From NCBI GenBank assembly GCA_040954595.2, contig CM082597.2:5151244-5215243 (forward strand): DNA of 64,000 nt, in the 5' to 3' direction. The first letter of the stretch is position 1, and the number at the start of each line of letters is the position of its first letter. The notes under the pieces are model-generated. The model saw only the letters and a list, made by a program, of their open reading frames with translations, did not search any database and was not told the origin of the DNA. The position numbers and the translations under genes were made by a program. The stretch is from Balanoglossus misakiensis (lineage: Eukaryota > Animalia > Hemichordata). Positions 1 to 14,400 of this stretch are shown in pieces.

Positions 1-3000
1 TCCCGTGGCTGTGATGGGCCCTGCGAGGTCAGGGAAATCGTACATCACCAGTCAACTGCAGGAACCAAGACCGAGTGACTGTATATTCAGAATGTCTAAG
101 AATATGGATCCAGAAACAAAGGGTATGGTGTATCATATTATTTGCATTCTTATACATGCCCAATATTAGGCCGTCACTGCAAGTTTGACGTTTCAGGGGG
201 GTAGACAACCGATATTTTAGTTTACTTCAATTCTTCCCCTGGGGCAAGTTTCTAACATTTCCCAGAGAGTAGTCGCACGCAATATCACTTTTGATTAGAC
301 AGTGCATTTATCTCCATACAGGCAGAGTTTACGAAATTCAATTAACATTTTTTTCACGCTATGTCGAATTACACATAGAATTGCAATTGCTGTGTAGCTT
401 AAATGGTGAGTTTCGTTTCCATTGTCAGGCATATGGATCAACACTTCTCCTTTTAAGAAGGTACTTGATGATGGAAAGGAAGTCACAGTCGTTCTTCTTG
501 ACACGGAGGGATTCGGGTCACACGCTGCCTATGGAGATCCAGAGATGAACATGTTTTGCCTGACCGTCCTCTTGTCGTCTGTTCTCATATACAACAGTGT
601 CGGCGTGCCAAGAGCCGACGATTTGTATAAGTTCAAGTAAGGTCATTGATGTTGCACCATCAGTTGTGTATATTGCAGCTATTTGCGCATGTACTGTGAT
701 ATTCTGACTGGTACTGTCATTAAAGAACACACTCACGCACACTATTAAATTAAAAGTAAATACACACGGTGTTCGTTGGTATCGGAAGTTGCCGGAATAT
801 ACATTTTTGTATATGTGCTGTATTATTTTACAGTTGCGCAACACAAAAGATACATATAAGCTTAAAATACTCAATATCACTGTTTACGGTTTTTCCTTCA
901 GTTGGGTTCTTGAACTCGTGAATTCAATTCAAGTACGGGATGAAGACGACACGTCAGCGGCAGGAGAGTTCATTCACTTCTTTCCAAACTTCCTCTGGTT
1001 ACTACGCGATGTGCAACTGCAGCCGATAATTGACGGGCATGAAGTCAGCATTAAGGAATATGTTCTTACCAAGGTAGACTATTAACTGAGATTTATTTTC
1101 CATGCGAATTTTGAAGGATTTGGTGTCAGTGATATCAGTACCAAGCTGAGTATAAGATGTAAAAATTGCAGAAATCCGCCATCTTGATATTCTGTCGACC
1201 ACATGAGATTTTTACCACTCACCTAGGTAGCAGAAATCTATTTAAGGTATTCAGAATTTACTCACTCACTTAGGTAGCAAAAACCTATTTAAGTTAGTGA
1301 GCATTGGAAACATCACGACTTTCCACGTTCGCCTCCATTGTCAGGTGTTTGGTTTTGAGCCGGAGGGAAAGAAGCGAGCAGCCAAACAGAATAATCAGAT
1401 TCGCACCGCTATGCTAACCTACTTTCCTGATTTTGAAGTCTACGCCCTCCCACTACCGTCTGCTGACAGTGAGGTACTCGGTAACATGGACAGCGGCAGA
1501 TATCGAAAATCGTTGAGGCTGGATTTCGTCGAAGCTGTCGACGCTCTGTCAGCTACTGCCGCCAAAGTCATGAAAGCGAAAACAGCATGGCCCTTTGCTG
1601 GCTACGTCAACGGCATCGGTAAGTACAATACTTGAACCTTAACCAAGTTACTTTCCGACAATTGTTTTTTCCTTTCTAGTGTAATTCATTCACTATTGAA
1701 AACTAATGTTTGAGTGAGAGGTGTATATATTTTATAGTACAGCATTGTCCCAAGAAAATTTTCTCCACAACTTTATGAATCAATTTGCTACATGTTTGTG
1801 TATATAGCTATATCGTCCATGCATGTTACAGTAGTTTCTGATTACCTGCTAGTTATTTTAAATATTTTTTTTCAAGAATTTACCGAGTTATTGACAAACT
1901 ATGTCCAGTGCCTGACGAGTGGACCCGTCGATGTGCTGTCTGTTTGGGACGGCGTCTTGAAGAACGTCTTCAACAAGGCAATCCGAGAAGCATTCAGTCA
2001 CTACAAGACAGTCATGCTTGATTTTGTGCACAAGCGCTGTCCCTGTGACGAGGATGACGTCATCGAAGAACACGGAAAAGCTCATAAATCCGCCATCGAG
2101 ATATTCAAAGCAAACACACGAACTATCAAGGCTGCAAATCTGATTGAGAATTGCGTGCAGCAGTTAGTAGTACGTAATGTAATGCATTTAACAGACACAC
2201 TGCAGTGCAAAACGAATAAGCCCCAAAATATCATATGGGTGTTGTAATCTGTGTTGTATTCTTTTGTTTTCAAAGCATCATTTTTTTATTACTTTCAAAT
2301 TCTCCCTTAGGCTGTCTGTTCCTTACATGGGTTGTAGTTTGGGGGATTTGAACTTTGACCCTACCTAACCATGTCATGTAGCAAAGATGACAACTAGAAA
2401 AGCTTTAGTGTTAAAATGTGATTCTGCATTTGAAAGAAAATGTTACATTTTGCGCGTGATCTTATTATACACGAGGCTATCAAACAGACGGGCATTCCCC
2501 TACTAGTACACATCTTACACTCAAACAAGTTCAAAGGAATTCTTTATATGTATTGTTTCACACAGGATAAAATGGCCGTCTACGTGGACGAGGACAGCAG
2601 TTACAGTGGGGGCCTCTTGCCGCAACTCTTACAAGTAAACGTCAAACAATCAGATTCATTTTGCCGTTCACTTGCCAGAGGTCTTGTCGAGCGCAAACTG
2701 AATGTGTTGGATACAAAAGGGAACCACAATAAACAAACAACCTTCAGGGATATCGAGAAAGTGTTCCAGGAAATCGAGGAGATGTATGACAATCAAGCTA
2801 GGGGGCCTCGAAAATTGGAGATATATGAACAGGAAATAGCTAAAGTAGGTATAATCCCCTAAAGGTTAATAAACTGACGTAGTTCTATGTAACACGTCAG
2901 TTAAAGGAACCCTGTTGCAATAATTCAATATTAGTATTAAAACTATTATAGTTGAGGTATTCATGTTTCTCCGCTCACAACAGGCATTCCATGCATTGAG

Positions 3001-5029
3001 ATTCACATGGATTCCGGCTACATCATGTTCTACGTCATCAGAGAGTTAAATTTTACCTACGCCATCATACTTGAGCGGAGGTCGATCAACATATTATTCA
3101 AAGCTCTCCGGAATGTACAACGATATAAAGAACTCTAACGCAAAAACATGTAATCTGTGCAAGACTTCCTTCAGATACCTAACAGGTAGTGTTTGTATAA
3201 AAAATAAATTACCGTCTTCAACAGAGTCATCGCCAAAACTTGTTTTTTTTTTCCAGAAAATTATGGAGTTCTATAACGAACACATTGAATTTTTGAGCAA
3301 ACTGGACTACTTCCGATCTCCAGAAGAAGCAGAGAAGATTCGAGAAGGGGAAATGAAAACACGAGCAGCCGCTGATGAAGTGGTACAGACTGGCTTCTTT
3401 GTCTCATAATGATCTCTTTGTCTCATAATGATCACTTGGTTTCGTCTCTATTTCAAACACACATTTGTAATTACAACCAGTTTCATAGAACTGGTGCGAA
3501 AGCACTGATAATAACAATAAAATCTTTGTTGGCATATAGTTTAGCTAGCAAACGTTTTTGAACCACAATGTAGCCAAAAAAGTCAGCATATGGTTGAATT
3601 TTGGAACTTTAGCAAGTTTGTGTCCCGTGTGTAATTCATATCAGCAGGGTACGCTTACCCAACCCGGACACAACCTAGCAGTGGTTCAAGACGACCCAGT
3701 TAAAATTGTCATGTTTTTCTAGTTGTTTCTTGGACCTGGAATGATAATGATTATTGAACCCGATTTTTGTCATGTGTTTTGTTTTCAGGAGAAAAGAAAT
3801 TCGCTGAAGAAGAGGCGTCGACAAAACCAGATAGAGAAAACAGCAGTGGTGAGTTGTTTTGGTCTTGTCTTGTCTTGTCTTGTTTCTAAACTCTCTAAAT
3901 TGTTGTTATTGATGACACGATTCCTCGGTACACTCCTGTCCATTTATAGGAAGCATGTTTCTACATACAATTGACGCCTCCCTGTCCCTAATACGGGAAC
4001 ACCTGCAACCTGTATTTTATAACTTTCGGTTCGTGCCTTTCAGCTGCTTGCAGCTTTAGACAACGTCTGCCAAGAGAAAGAGCAGAGGACAACAGACACT
4101 TCTGCAATTCGTTCAGTGTTGAGACACAAAAGTCAAATGCTGAGCAAGACTCACACAGCGCTGGTGGACACGATTGAAGAAATCGACCGGAAGTTGGCCA
4201 GAAATAACACGGTGAAAACGGACGAACTGGAGAAGAAGACACACGAAGTTGAAAATCGCTGTGAGTATATACAGAAACCAACGATAGCAAGTGATGAAAC
4301 GCATGGTCTTTGAGACTATACGTGCTCTCCCTAAATATTGTCGTCTGCTTGTAAAATGTTTGAAACTCACCAAGGTAACGTTTGAATTCAGAATTACGTA
4401 TATTTGTCTTGCTAGTATACTAGTATACTTGCTAGTATTGTATTCTTACAGCTTTCCGTCTCACGACATAAGCCCCGTGCTTTAATCCGTTGATAAAATT
4501 CATATTAGGACCTCAATAGTTCAAGTGACTATTGCAATGAATTCTTTTTCGTTCTGTAATCAGTAAGGAGAGAAGAGAGTCAGCTTAAAAAAGACAAACA
4601 ATGGCACGAAGAAGGTGAGGTTGAAATTATTACATACAATGTACAACTATTGCCGTAAGATGTGAAGTGTTGTCGTTCACTACATGCGTGCAATATGGCT
4701 GACACCTTCATTACATGTGTAGTGACTGGCGTGCTCTTTTTGGCTGAGTGTCTTCCATTAATGTAGAAATTGCACTTGCTTAATTATACATTTCATCCCC
4801 CTAGAAATCAACATGGAGTCAGAGAAGTTGCGGAAAGAACGTAAGCATATACTATCTAATTACAATCATCTTTCTTGTAATGTCACGTTGCATGCAAAAA
4901 ATCCATATCTCTCTAACTGGCCGTGATAAGGTTGCAAATTTTCGATTGCTACGTCAGTATAGTTTCTTTGTCGTTTCAGATGAAGGTTTGAAGAAACAGA
5001 AACGTTCGTCGCATTGCCGCTTGATGTGA
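1..5029 (+). CDS. Guanylate-binding protein (GBP/atlastin-family large GTPase), 5'-partial, multi-exon, C-terminal CaaX
   Basis: Phase-consistent exons: <1-122, 429-636, 902-1073, 1345-1618, 1877-2169, 2566-2844, 3257-3382, 3789-3848, 4044-4260, 4564-4614, 4805-4840, 4980-5029. Motifs: G1 GPARSGKS, G2 ETKGIW, G3 LLDTEG, LLSSVLIYNS, G4 FLWLLRD. These are followed by a helical/coiled-coil region and the end KKQKRSSHCRLM*. Confidence 0.93.
1206..1293. repeat. Two-copy ~49 bp intronic tandem duplication
   Basis: gatttttaccactcacctaggtagcagaaatctatttaag is followed by gaatttactcactcacttaggtagcaaaaacctatttaag. Confidence 0.7.
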
Positions 5030-7139
5030 CGTCACTATCAAGAAAGAAAAGGATCTGTAGTTGTTAAACAGAACACATTGACCAAAAATAGTCAAAATAC
5101 CACCTTAGGTTGCTATGCATTGTAGTTTTGACACAGATGGCGTTATGGCAAGTCCGCGGCCGCTTGAACCCTACATTGAGGACAATTAAAGGTCATTTAT
5201 CATCATATAAGATACACTTGTTGACCTCAAGCGCCAATAGTAAAATGTTGTAGTCATAACGACCACACGACAACGATACTTGTAAACTGTATTTCGCATA
5301 TACCAACTGTGTGTTTTCAAGCTGATACCATATTACGATTATCATTGTATATTTTTCAGGAACATTATTAAAGTCGTTGAAAATATGTTCAAAAATAATT
5401 AAATGTAGAAAATTAGTATCGTAACAGAAATGAGATGTGTGGTACGTGAAAAGAATTATATCCGAAAGGAAATAAAGTCATCGAACGCGTCCAATAAACT
5501 CGATACGTGTCTAACATTATCCTGGGGATTGCTAGGGAAACAGGCAGACAGGTATTTACACCAATCATGACGTCATAACATCTCTTGCACAAGTGTATCT
5601 GGACTAGACTTGACCATCGAGAGGTTAATATTGAACATAAAGTAAACACTGACCTCGCAGACTGCCACAGTAACGATGATAAAATACTATTTGCATAGTG
5701 ACATGCGGTTGTCAACCACGCAACTGAACTTTACAGGTCCCCAGGAAGACGAGGGGATGTGTTCTTAGTGCTTCGGTGCTTATGTTTTATCCAAGGCATA
5801 CATGGACTCAACAGGTAGGTGTAAACAGTCTGTTAACGATTGCAGTTACAATTGCATAAGCCGCAGTGTTTCTCGTCATGGGACAAGCTTCTAACACGCG
5901 AGTGTTAACATTTAGTGATTTCCATAATGAGGCCTGACCTTAAGTTCCAAGGACCTCCACAACTGAAAACTTAGCACTAGCAAACTTGCAGAGTGTGCTT
6001 GCCAGTGAACCAAAAACTCATATGCATTGTACACTGGCTCGACTGTGATTTTGACGGCATTGTATTGTGTTTGTGTTCCACGGCCATGTGTAAACACGGG
6101 TTAGTTTGCTAAAAGGCAATCTCTGTATCACAGTCCGTGCATGGAGGGACTGTGTTAGCATGGACTACGTGTGCAAACCCTAACGAAAAAAGAATTTAGA
6201 CCGAGTGATTGGTGTCCACTTAAAGGTATATGGTTTATGTACAGCCGTTGATACAATCATTATCAAAGCTCGAGATATCAATGTTTGCAGTTCGAATACG
6301 TATAGCTTGACCCAGATATCGATTTCAGAGCCTGCTGCTACCGATATCCCATTGCATCGTGTTTGTCGCTGAAGAGTAAGCCTGTTAGATCATATAAGAT
6401 AATATGAATAAATTCTGATGACTATCTAAAACATTCTGATATTAGTTTATCACGTCACAATCAAAATGCATCTGATGTTTGGATTGAAAAAACCTGAATT
6501 TGTCTTGGAATTGATGAGTATAGGTGGTGACACAGACACTTGTGGAGGGCGATATCTATTAGTGTTTGCTTTGTATCAGATATAGTTTCTTGATCAACTC
6601 TGTGTGCATGGCACACTGCTATTGGCAACAACTGCACTGAAGAACCGAGTTTATTTCATATGTCAATAATAACAACGCCTAGACAATTGCATGAGGAGCA
6701 CAGACATACATCCTGCAAGCAACTTGAACCTTGTGTCACTGTGTTGAAAGATATCCCAGTTTAAATTGTATGTTGGTCAAATGGTCAGCCTACATGTAGG
6801 TGTTTACACATAATCCAAATGTAAGCATGGATTTCTCCTCAACAAGTGACAGGTGGGGCATGCACTAACAAATCCAGAAACCCTGAAATAATCACTTGGA
6901 TATTCAAATGAAGCTGCTTTGTACTAAATGCTAAAATAATAACATAATGGCTAAAATATCTGTTGAAGAGTAACCTAGCCATACCATGTGAATTATGTAT
7001 GGATTACCATACTAAATGAAATATTATCTATGAAATATAATATATCTTCATAATATAACCAACATAATAAAAAAGACAGAAGTGGTTGATTTATGTGTTT
7101 GTCGTGATGCACACAATGTATCGAATATCAGACACACTC

Positions 7140-7320
7140 GGAAGTGAAAGTTCATTAGTTGCCAGGGTGGAGGCAAAGTTCAGAATAGCAAGTCAATATT
7201 CAACAAGATACAATTCTCGAAAATGTTAGTTGAGAACCAGACATTAAAGTAGTCTCTTGTTGACTCTGTCCGTCACAAACTGAAACTGCCAGGTTTAATC
7301 GATATCTGTGGAAAAGTAAG
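7140..7320 (+). promoter_or_regulatory. Putative promoter / non-coding first exon of the death-domain GBP gene, with IRF-type motifs
   Basis: GGAAGTGAAAGT (7140-7151, Ets-IRF composite type) and AAACTGAAACT (7277-7287, IRF type). A GTAAG donor at 7316 could pair with the acceptor tgtacag at 8407, just before the accATGG start at 8418. Confidence 0.4.
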
Positions 7321-8417
7321 CAAATCATAATGTCAAAAAATAAAAAAATAAATGTGTGTTTCTTCCAACACGCCCTTTAGGGCGAATTTTGGAATTCTAC
7401 CTAATCTTGCGAAACTTCCCTCAAATGGAGTGACAGCAAGTTTAGGGTCAGGGGTGTTGAACTAGGGTAGGTCGGGTTACCGGAAACACACAATCATTTT
7501 CTTGAGGGAGAGCACTGACACAATAATGTCTATATGAGCTAGCCTAGTACAAGAATACGGAAACTTGGTAAAACATCGTTGGAATTAAGAGGTAAGGAAA
7601 TGCACAGTATCAAATAGAAATCCTCGTTGAAAAGCACAGTCTAATTTAAATGGGAAAACATGAGAATGTGCGGTTCGTGCTGTACGATAGTTGCATAATG
7701 ATTTAAAGTATCTCTGCTATCTTGTGGTTGGTGACGGAACCAAGACCTCATCGTACATATTAATACTTTAACTAAACTGAACACACTCTTGGATGTTTCT
7801 TATGACTGTCAACTTTTAATATTCTCTTGGATCTTTTTCTTTCGCCAAAGCGTCGACGTTCCATCTGACCAAGGTCACAAAACATAGCTATGCATTCGTT
7901 GCGTGGACAGTTTTGTATTTCAGGGGACTTATGGTCACAAAGGCCAGTAATTATCGCCAAAGGTTCAATTTCGCACAAACGCATTTGCACAGTGACTGAC
8001 TGGGTTCGGTAATCAAAACCACATATATCATTTCAACAGATTTGAAATTGAATATATCTGAGCCATTATCTTCATAGAACGAATCAGGATGTCGACCTGA
8101 ACCCCGCGTTTTACGACTAATGTGGTTTTGCACTAAGAAGTTACATGTGTCCCATAATTTGTGTTTCGTCACCACATCCACCCCTTGTCTGCCAACGCTC
8201 TATCAAAACACAGTTGTCGGTGATTACATGTTATATCAACAGATTAGTCAGTCAGTCAGCCAGACAGACAGTCAGTCACAATTAATGGCCCCAAAACGCA
8301 TTTTTTTCATTATGATTTTTAAAGAAAACATTCAAAATGCTTTCCAGACACGACAGCTTATATTACCTAACACCACAATTACATTAATATTTGTTTTTAA
8401 TGTACAGTTTACCGACC

Positions 8418-11400
8418 ATGGAAGCCGAGGTGATAGAAAAGATAGCCAAGTGTCTACAGGGTGTTGACCTCGATGAACTGGGGTTAAAACTTGGATTGGA
8501 TCAAAGTTCAGTGGAAGGACTCGTCGCCGACGAAACCATGGCGTCGCGGGATATGCAAATAGCGTTTGTGAAGTTGTGGCAATCCCAAGGGAAAGACACG
8601 TCCCCGGAGAATCTCGTGAAAATGTTGAAGGAGATGAATCGTGGTGTGTCAGCGATGAGAGTTGAACAGTTGAAAATAAAAAGCCATAGAGACGATGGTA
8701 AGATTAGCAGAGATGGAAAAGTTTACATTTTAACAATGTCATATACAAACCGGAACATGAGAGAAGAAATCCATAACATTGCCGTACAATTAGAATAACA
8801 ATGGAAAATATATCTTTGTTATACATCCCCCAAATATTATTATCAAAAGTGACTGTCTAAATGTTTCTCCGTGAACTAAAACAATGTCTGTAGATCTCTT
8901 TCAGCAATCATTTTTAGGCTACAGCACACATTACTATCTGCAATTCTCTGTATTGCTCCGTATAGCGGAGATGACACATTTTATAATGTAATTTATACCG
9001 TTGGAGTATCCTGATAATTGAATTATGTGTTACTGGATTACAGGTAATAAACAGCCGATCCTCAAATCAGTTTCCAAGCTACAGGAAAACATTGCTTCTC
9101 CTGTTACATCATGTACAGATGCAGAAGGTAAGTATATATGTGTGTTGGCTATCATTTTCCTCCGTCTTAAAACATTCTGTTCGTCTATTTATGTCATGCT
9201 AAAAACAAGCTATAATGTTAATAATAAATATAATGACATTTCCGTCATTTCTCTCAGCAGCTAAACAGTCCAGTGTGATACCACTGTGCTACCCCGACAA
9301 CTTTGAGTGGTGTAGCGAAGATGGCGTGTTAACGAGGAAAAGTGACGAGTCGGCCAAACTGACAGTGTGCGAAGATGCTCTGAACGTGCTAAAGCCTCTC
9401 AAAGGTCACGTGTGTGTCGTCACTGTGTTGAGAGACTCTAAATCCGGGGAATCGGGAAGAGAACGACACACGGGTGAATGTTTGTTCCGTCCTAAGAAAA
9501 ATGACGTCATCCACCAAAGAGGTTTGTATATCCGCCATATTGAACACCAGTCAAGGAAACAGCCATCATTAAGTAACAGAGCTGTTAAAACTAAGACCAT
9601 CCCTGTCAAATGCATCGAGTAATATGTTTCTATGCGGTAAATTAAGCATACTGTTCTCAGCGATTGTTATAAGGAACAGACATTTGAAACAGGCATGTGT
9701 AGTTTTCACAAACTGGTTATAACAAGTAAATAACACGTCAGGTGACCAACGTGGATCATCAGCTTTCTATAAACCATGAAATGACAATTTCATAAGTGTT
9801 TTTTTTTTAATATTTTGTTTTCTTTTTACATTATAATTATAAGGGCTATGGATGAGAAAAGAGACACTCAGTCGAGAATTGAAAGGTGGTGATAACGTCA
9901 CGGTTGTCTTCCTGGAAGCTTTTGACGATAGTAATACATCAACACAGAAAGTGGCCGATATCTTTACGTTATCATGTTTGTTGTCGTCTATGCTTATATA
10001 TAACATTGACCACAATCCAACGACTGACGATTTACAAAATTTAGGGTAAGTACTTTAATGATTGCAAAGGAAATTTGATCATATGATCAGAAAGAGGGGG
10101 GGGGGAGGAGGGAGGGAGGAGGTGGAGGAGAGAGAGAGGATACTGTAACAGATATTGTATGACTGTTAAAATCGTGTATTATTTCTCGCGGTTGTTGGCT
10201 GAACTGATTTTCTATTATTTTGTAATTCATTGTATATTGCAGCTGGATTTGCAAACTAAAGGATCTTATAAAGATGAAACAGAAGAATTTCTTTCGATTC
10301 TTTCCTCATTTCATGTGGGTGGTCAATGATTTTGCTGCAGCCCCTCCGGCGACAGTGAATGATAACAGCGACATCACCAGATCAGACTTTCTGCTGAACA
10401 ATGTAGGTGATATGCTCATAGATCAGCATTTATCTTCGATCACCAGAATGGGGAGAAAATCTTAATTAGCGTCTATGTTTCTCTTGAAGTGTTCCGTTTA
10501 CTCTCACCTTCCCTTGCAAAGTCAATTCAAAAAAAATGTGCTGAAACATCTTTAAGTTTTAAAATCCTACACCAATTCCAACATCTGCTACATGTATGTC
10601 GACGTTTGAAATTATTTGAACAAGCAAAACAATTGATTGATTAATAAGATGTCCTATTTCACGTGTATTGCAAATATTACATAATTTATGATTTCGATTC
10701 CGTTCAGTTTGATTAAAAAAACGCTGGAACATGTCTCACTTTTCCAATATTCTGACTATTTTTTTTTATAAAGGTTCTACAGTTTACACATGACAATGAA
10801 GAGAGTTCTAAGTTTAGAAATGATATAATAATGGCTCTGCTGACGTACTTCCCAACCTTTGGTGCCGATGATGTAAACACGGGTCCAGAAACCCACCAAA
10901 GCAGTCAACATCGCCACGACCACGAAGACTGTGGGATAGACAAATGCTTCACAGCATTCTGTGAACAGACATCGCTTCAGTTAAGAGCGAAGAAAGCGTG
11001 GCCCGATGTGGGAAACGTGGACGCAGAAAGTAAGTGTGTGGCGAGATAGAATTATACTGTGATAAAATGGCACACAATACATCCGTATTTATTATATTTT
11101 GCCAGGAAGAAAAAATAAATTGTTCATCGGAATCGCCGCTTCTACTTTGGCTGATTTGGAATTTTTTTTTTAGATCTCGGCAAATTCTACTTCCGCGTTA
11201 CAAAATTCTTAGTACTACCGCTGGTGGCCAGAATATGTTGTGCAAACAACAACTATAAATGTAATGGCCTATGTTATTGTTGGGAAATATAGTATTGAAT
11301 TCAGTTACAAGTACATGTATCAGTGTTTTTGTCCGAGATATTTCTGGTAAAAAGGAAAACAATTATCTCGCCCTGTCTGCATTTGTGCAAATATGCCAGA

Positions 11401-14400
11401 GAACCGCCTAAACCAAAAACAAAATTTTCGCTCGCCGCTCCTGGAACTAGGTCCAAAAAATCCGATGAACAAGATTTTTTTCTCTCTGGCCGTATGGCTA
11501 TATTTTACCTTGTATTGTTACTTTTAGCATTGGTTGGACTCATTAAGGGCTACACATCATGTCTAAACAAAGGACGCTCTCCGATAGACGTGAAAGCAGT
11601 TTTCGATGGCGTGGCAATATCCTTGGTAAGGTCTGCGGCCAACGACGCTTTCCTCCACTACTCAAAACAAATGAAGACATTTGTCAACGACACGACTCCG
11701 TGTGACGAAGCACTGATTATCAAAGACCACGGCAAGTGTTTCAGTTCAGCTCTACAGGAATTCCAAGAAAGGACACAGTACGTTACGGATTCCGACCTCC
11801 TCGCCGAACACAGAAAGAAATTGGCGGTAAGTTCTTCCGCGCGAGTTTTATAGTGCACGCACGAGGTACTATACTAAACAGAAAAAAAAAATCCATAACG
11901 CTATTCAACAATGTTGCAACAATGTATACGAACAATGGAAGCAACACCCAAGGAAAGTCTGCAGCTACAAAACGCAGACTGAACGAACGAGCAGCACAAA
12001 TCTTATCCCGCAATGCCGCCAATGTAACGGAAATTCCGTCGGACTGAGGCCCAAAATTTGTCAAGCCTTAGTGAATGACGAACCTTGGACCAAACAGGCA
12101 ACTCAACGGTAGCGTAAACGTAACACGATCGAGCCTTGACGGCGTAGACCGGTCCCGTCCTAGTCATGGGTCGATATACCTTGCGCACGGCAGAACGTGC
12201 GCTGAGAGATGTGCTGAAAAGACCTGAGCGTTGCGCTCACACAAATACCAAGAAAAACCTCGGAATTACGATCCGTAGACAACTAAAACTCTCAGAGGTT
12301 ACAGGAAAAGTGTTCCCACAAACGTGGAGAAAGGTTTTAACGAAAATATAAGAAAGACAGAGGTAAAGTACGAATTCAGATCACCGCAACCGAGAGCACG
12401 ATGCTCACAGTTCAACCGCCATGTCTCGTCTGCCGTTGATGCCGAGGGGAGTCACTATATATGCAACCAGCCCACGTGATACAAGCTCCGCCCCCAATAG
12501 TGGAAAATAGTTTCTCCTGCTATAGGGTAGCCCAGTCTGAGAATCAGGAAAAAGTCGCATTTCTTGAGATCCGAGTCTTGTACGTGTACGGCATTTGACC
12601 TACCATTTGACCTAGCATTACCATAACAATGTATCGAAAGTTATTTTGTAGCGTGTTGCTCGACTTTTGATTTTATGATCCGGTCATAATGAATATACAG
12701 AAATAATTATTTTGCTTGGATTTAATTCATCTTCCGATCTGAAATATGTACATCGTAGGCTTATAAACATTGTTATATTGTAATAATCAAAACACATCAG
12801 CATTATTCCGATCAAAATTATAAAATTAAAAATCGGCTCAAAGCTTCATGCTGGTAAACAATATATTTTAACGGAAATTATGTCGGACTGACTTGCAATC
12901 TGCAGACTCCCACAAATTATACATAATACTATCATAGACACGAAACTGGTCATACTAAGAACAATAAGCCTTAAATAGGGGTCTATGGGGGGGCTTGTGA
13001 GAAATGAACTTGACTCGCTTTAATTCTGCACTTCATCGCTCACTTCTCCATCAGGTAATAACATAAGAGGTGGCAAATCCATAAAGTCGTCAGAATTGGA
13101 CGCCTCCACAGACCGACCTAGAATTTTATAGTGCACGCGCGAGGTATACTAAACAGAAAAAAAATCCATAACGCTATTCAACAATGTAGCAACAATGTAT
13201 AAGAACAATGGAAGCGACACCCAAGGAAAGTCTGCAGCTACAAAACGCAGACAGAACGACTCCGCAGCACAAATCTTATCCCGCAATGCCACCAATAAAA
13301 CGGAAATTCCGTCGGACTGAGGCCCCAAATTTGTCAAGTCTTAGTGAATGACGAGCCTTGGACCTAACAGGCAACTCAGCGGTCGCGTAAACGTAACACG
13401 ATCGAGCCTTGACGGCGTAGACCGGTCCCTTCCAAGTCATGGGTCGATATACCTTGCGCACGGCAGAACGTGCGCTGAGAGATGTGCTGAAAAGACCTGA
13501 GCGTTGCGCTCACACGAATACCAAGAAAAACCTCGGAATTACGATCCGTAGACAACGAAAACTCTCAGAGGTTATAGACAAAGTGTTCCCACAAACGTGG
13601 AGAAAGGTTAGAACGAAAATATAAGAAAGATAGAGGTAAAGTACGAAGTCAGATCCCTACAACCGAGAGCATGATGCTCACAGTTCAACCGCCATGTCTC
13701 GTCTGCCGTTGATGTCGAGGGGAGTCACTATATATGCAACCAGCCCACGTGATACAAGCTCCGCCCCCAATAGTGGAAAATAGTTTCTCCTGCTATAGGG
13801 TAGCCCAGTCTGAGAATCAGGAAAAAGTCGTATTTCTTGAGATCCGAGTCTTGTACGTGTACGGCATTTGACCTAGCATTAACATAACAATGTATTGAAA
13901 GTTATTTTGTATCGTGTTGCTCGACTTTTGATTTTATATGACAGTCATAATGAATATACATAAATAATTATTTTGCTTGGATTTAATTCATCTTCCGATC
14001 TGAAATATGTACATTGTAGGCTTATAAACATTGTTATATTGTAATAATCAAAACACATCAGCATTATTCCGATCAAAATTATAAAATTAAAAATCGGCTC
14101 AAAGCTTCATGCTGGTAAACAATATATTTTAACGGAAATTATGTCGGACTGACTTGCAATCTGCAGACTCCCACAAATTATACATGATACTATCATAGAC
14201 ACGAAACAGGTCATACTAAGAACAATAAGCCTTAAATAGGGGCCTATGGGGGGCTTGTGAGAAATGAACTTGACTCAATTTAATTCTGCACTTCATCGCT
14301 CACTTCCCCATCAGATAATAACATTAGAGGTGGCAAAATTCATAAAGTCATCAGGTTGATATACATTGGACGCCTCCACAGACCGACCTGGAGTTTTATA

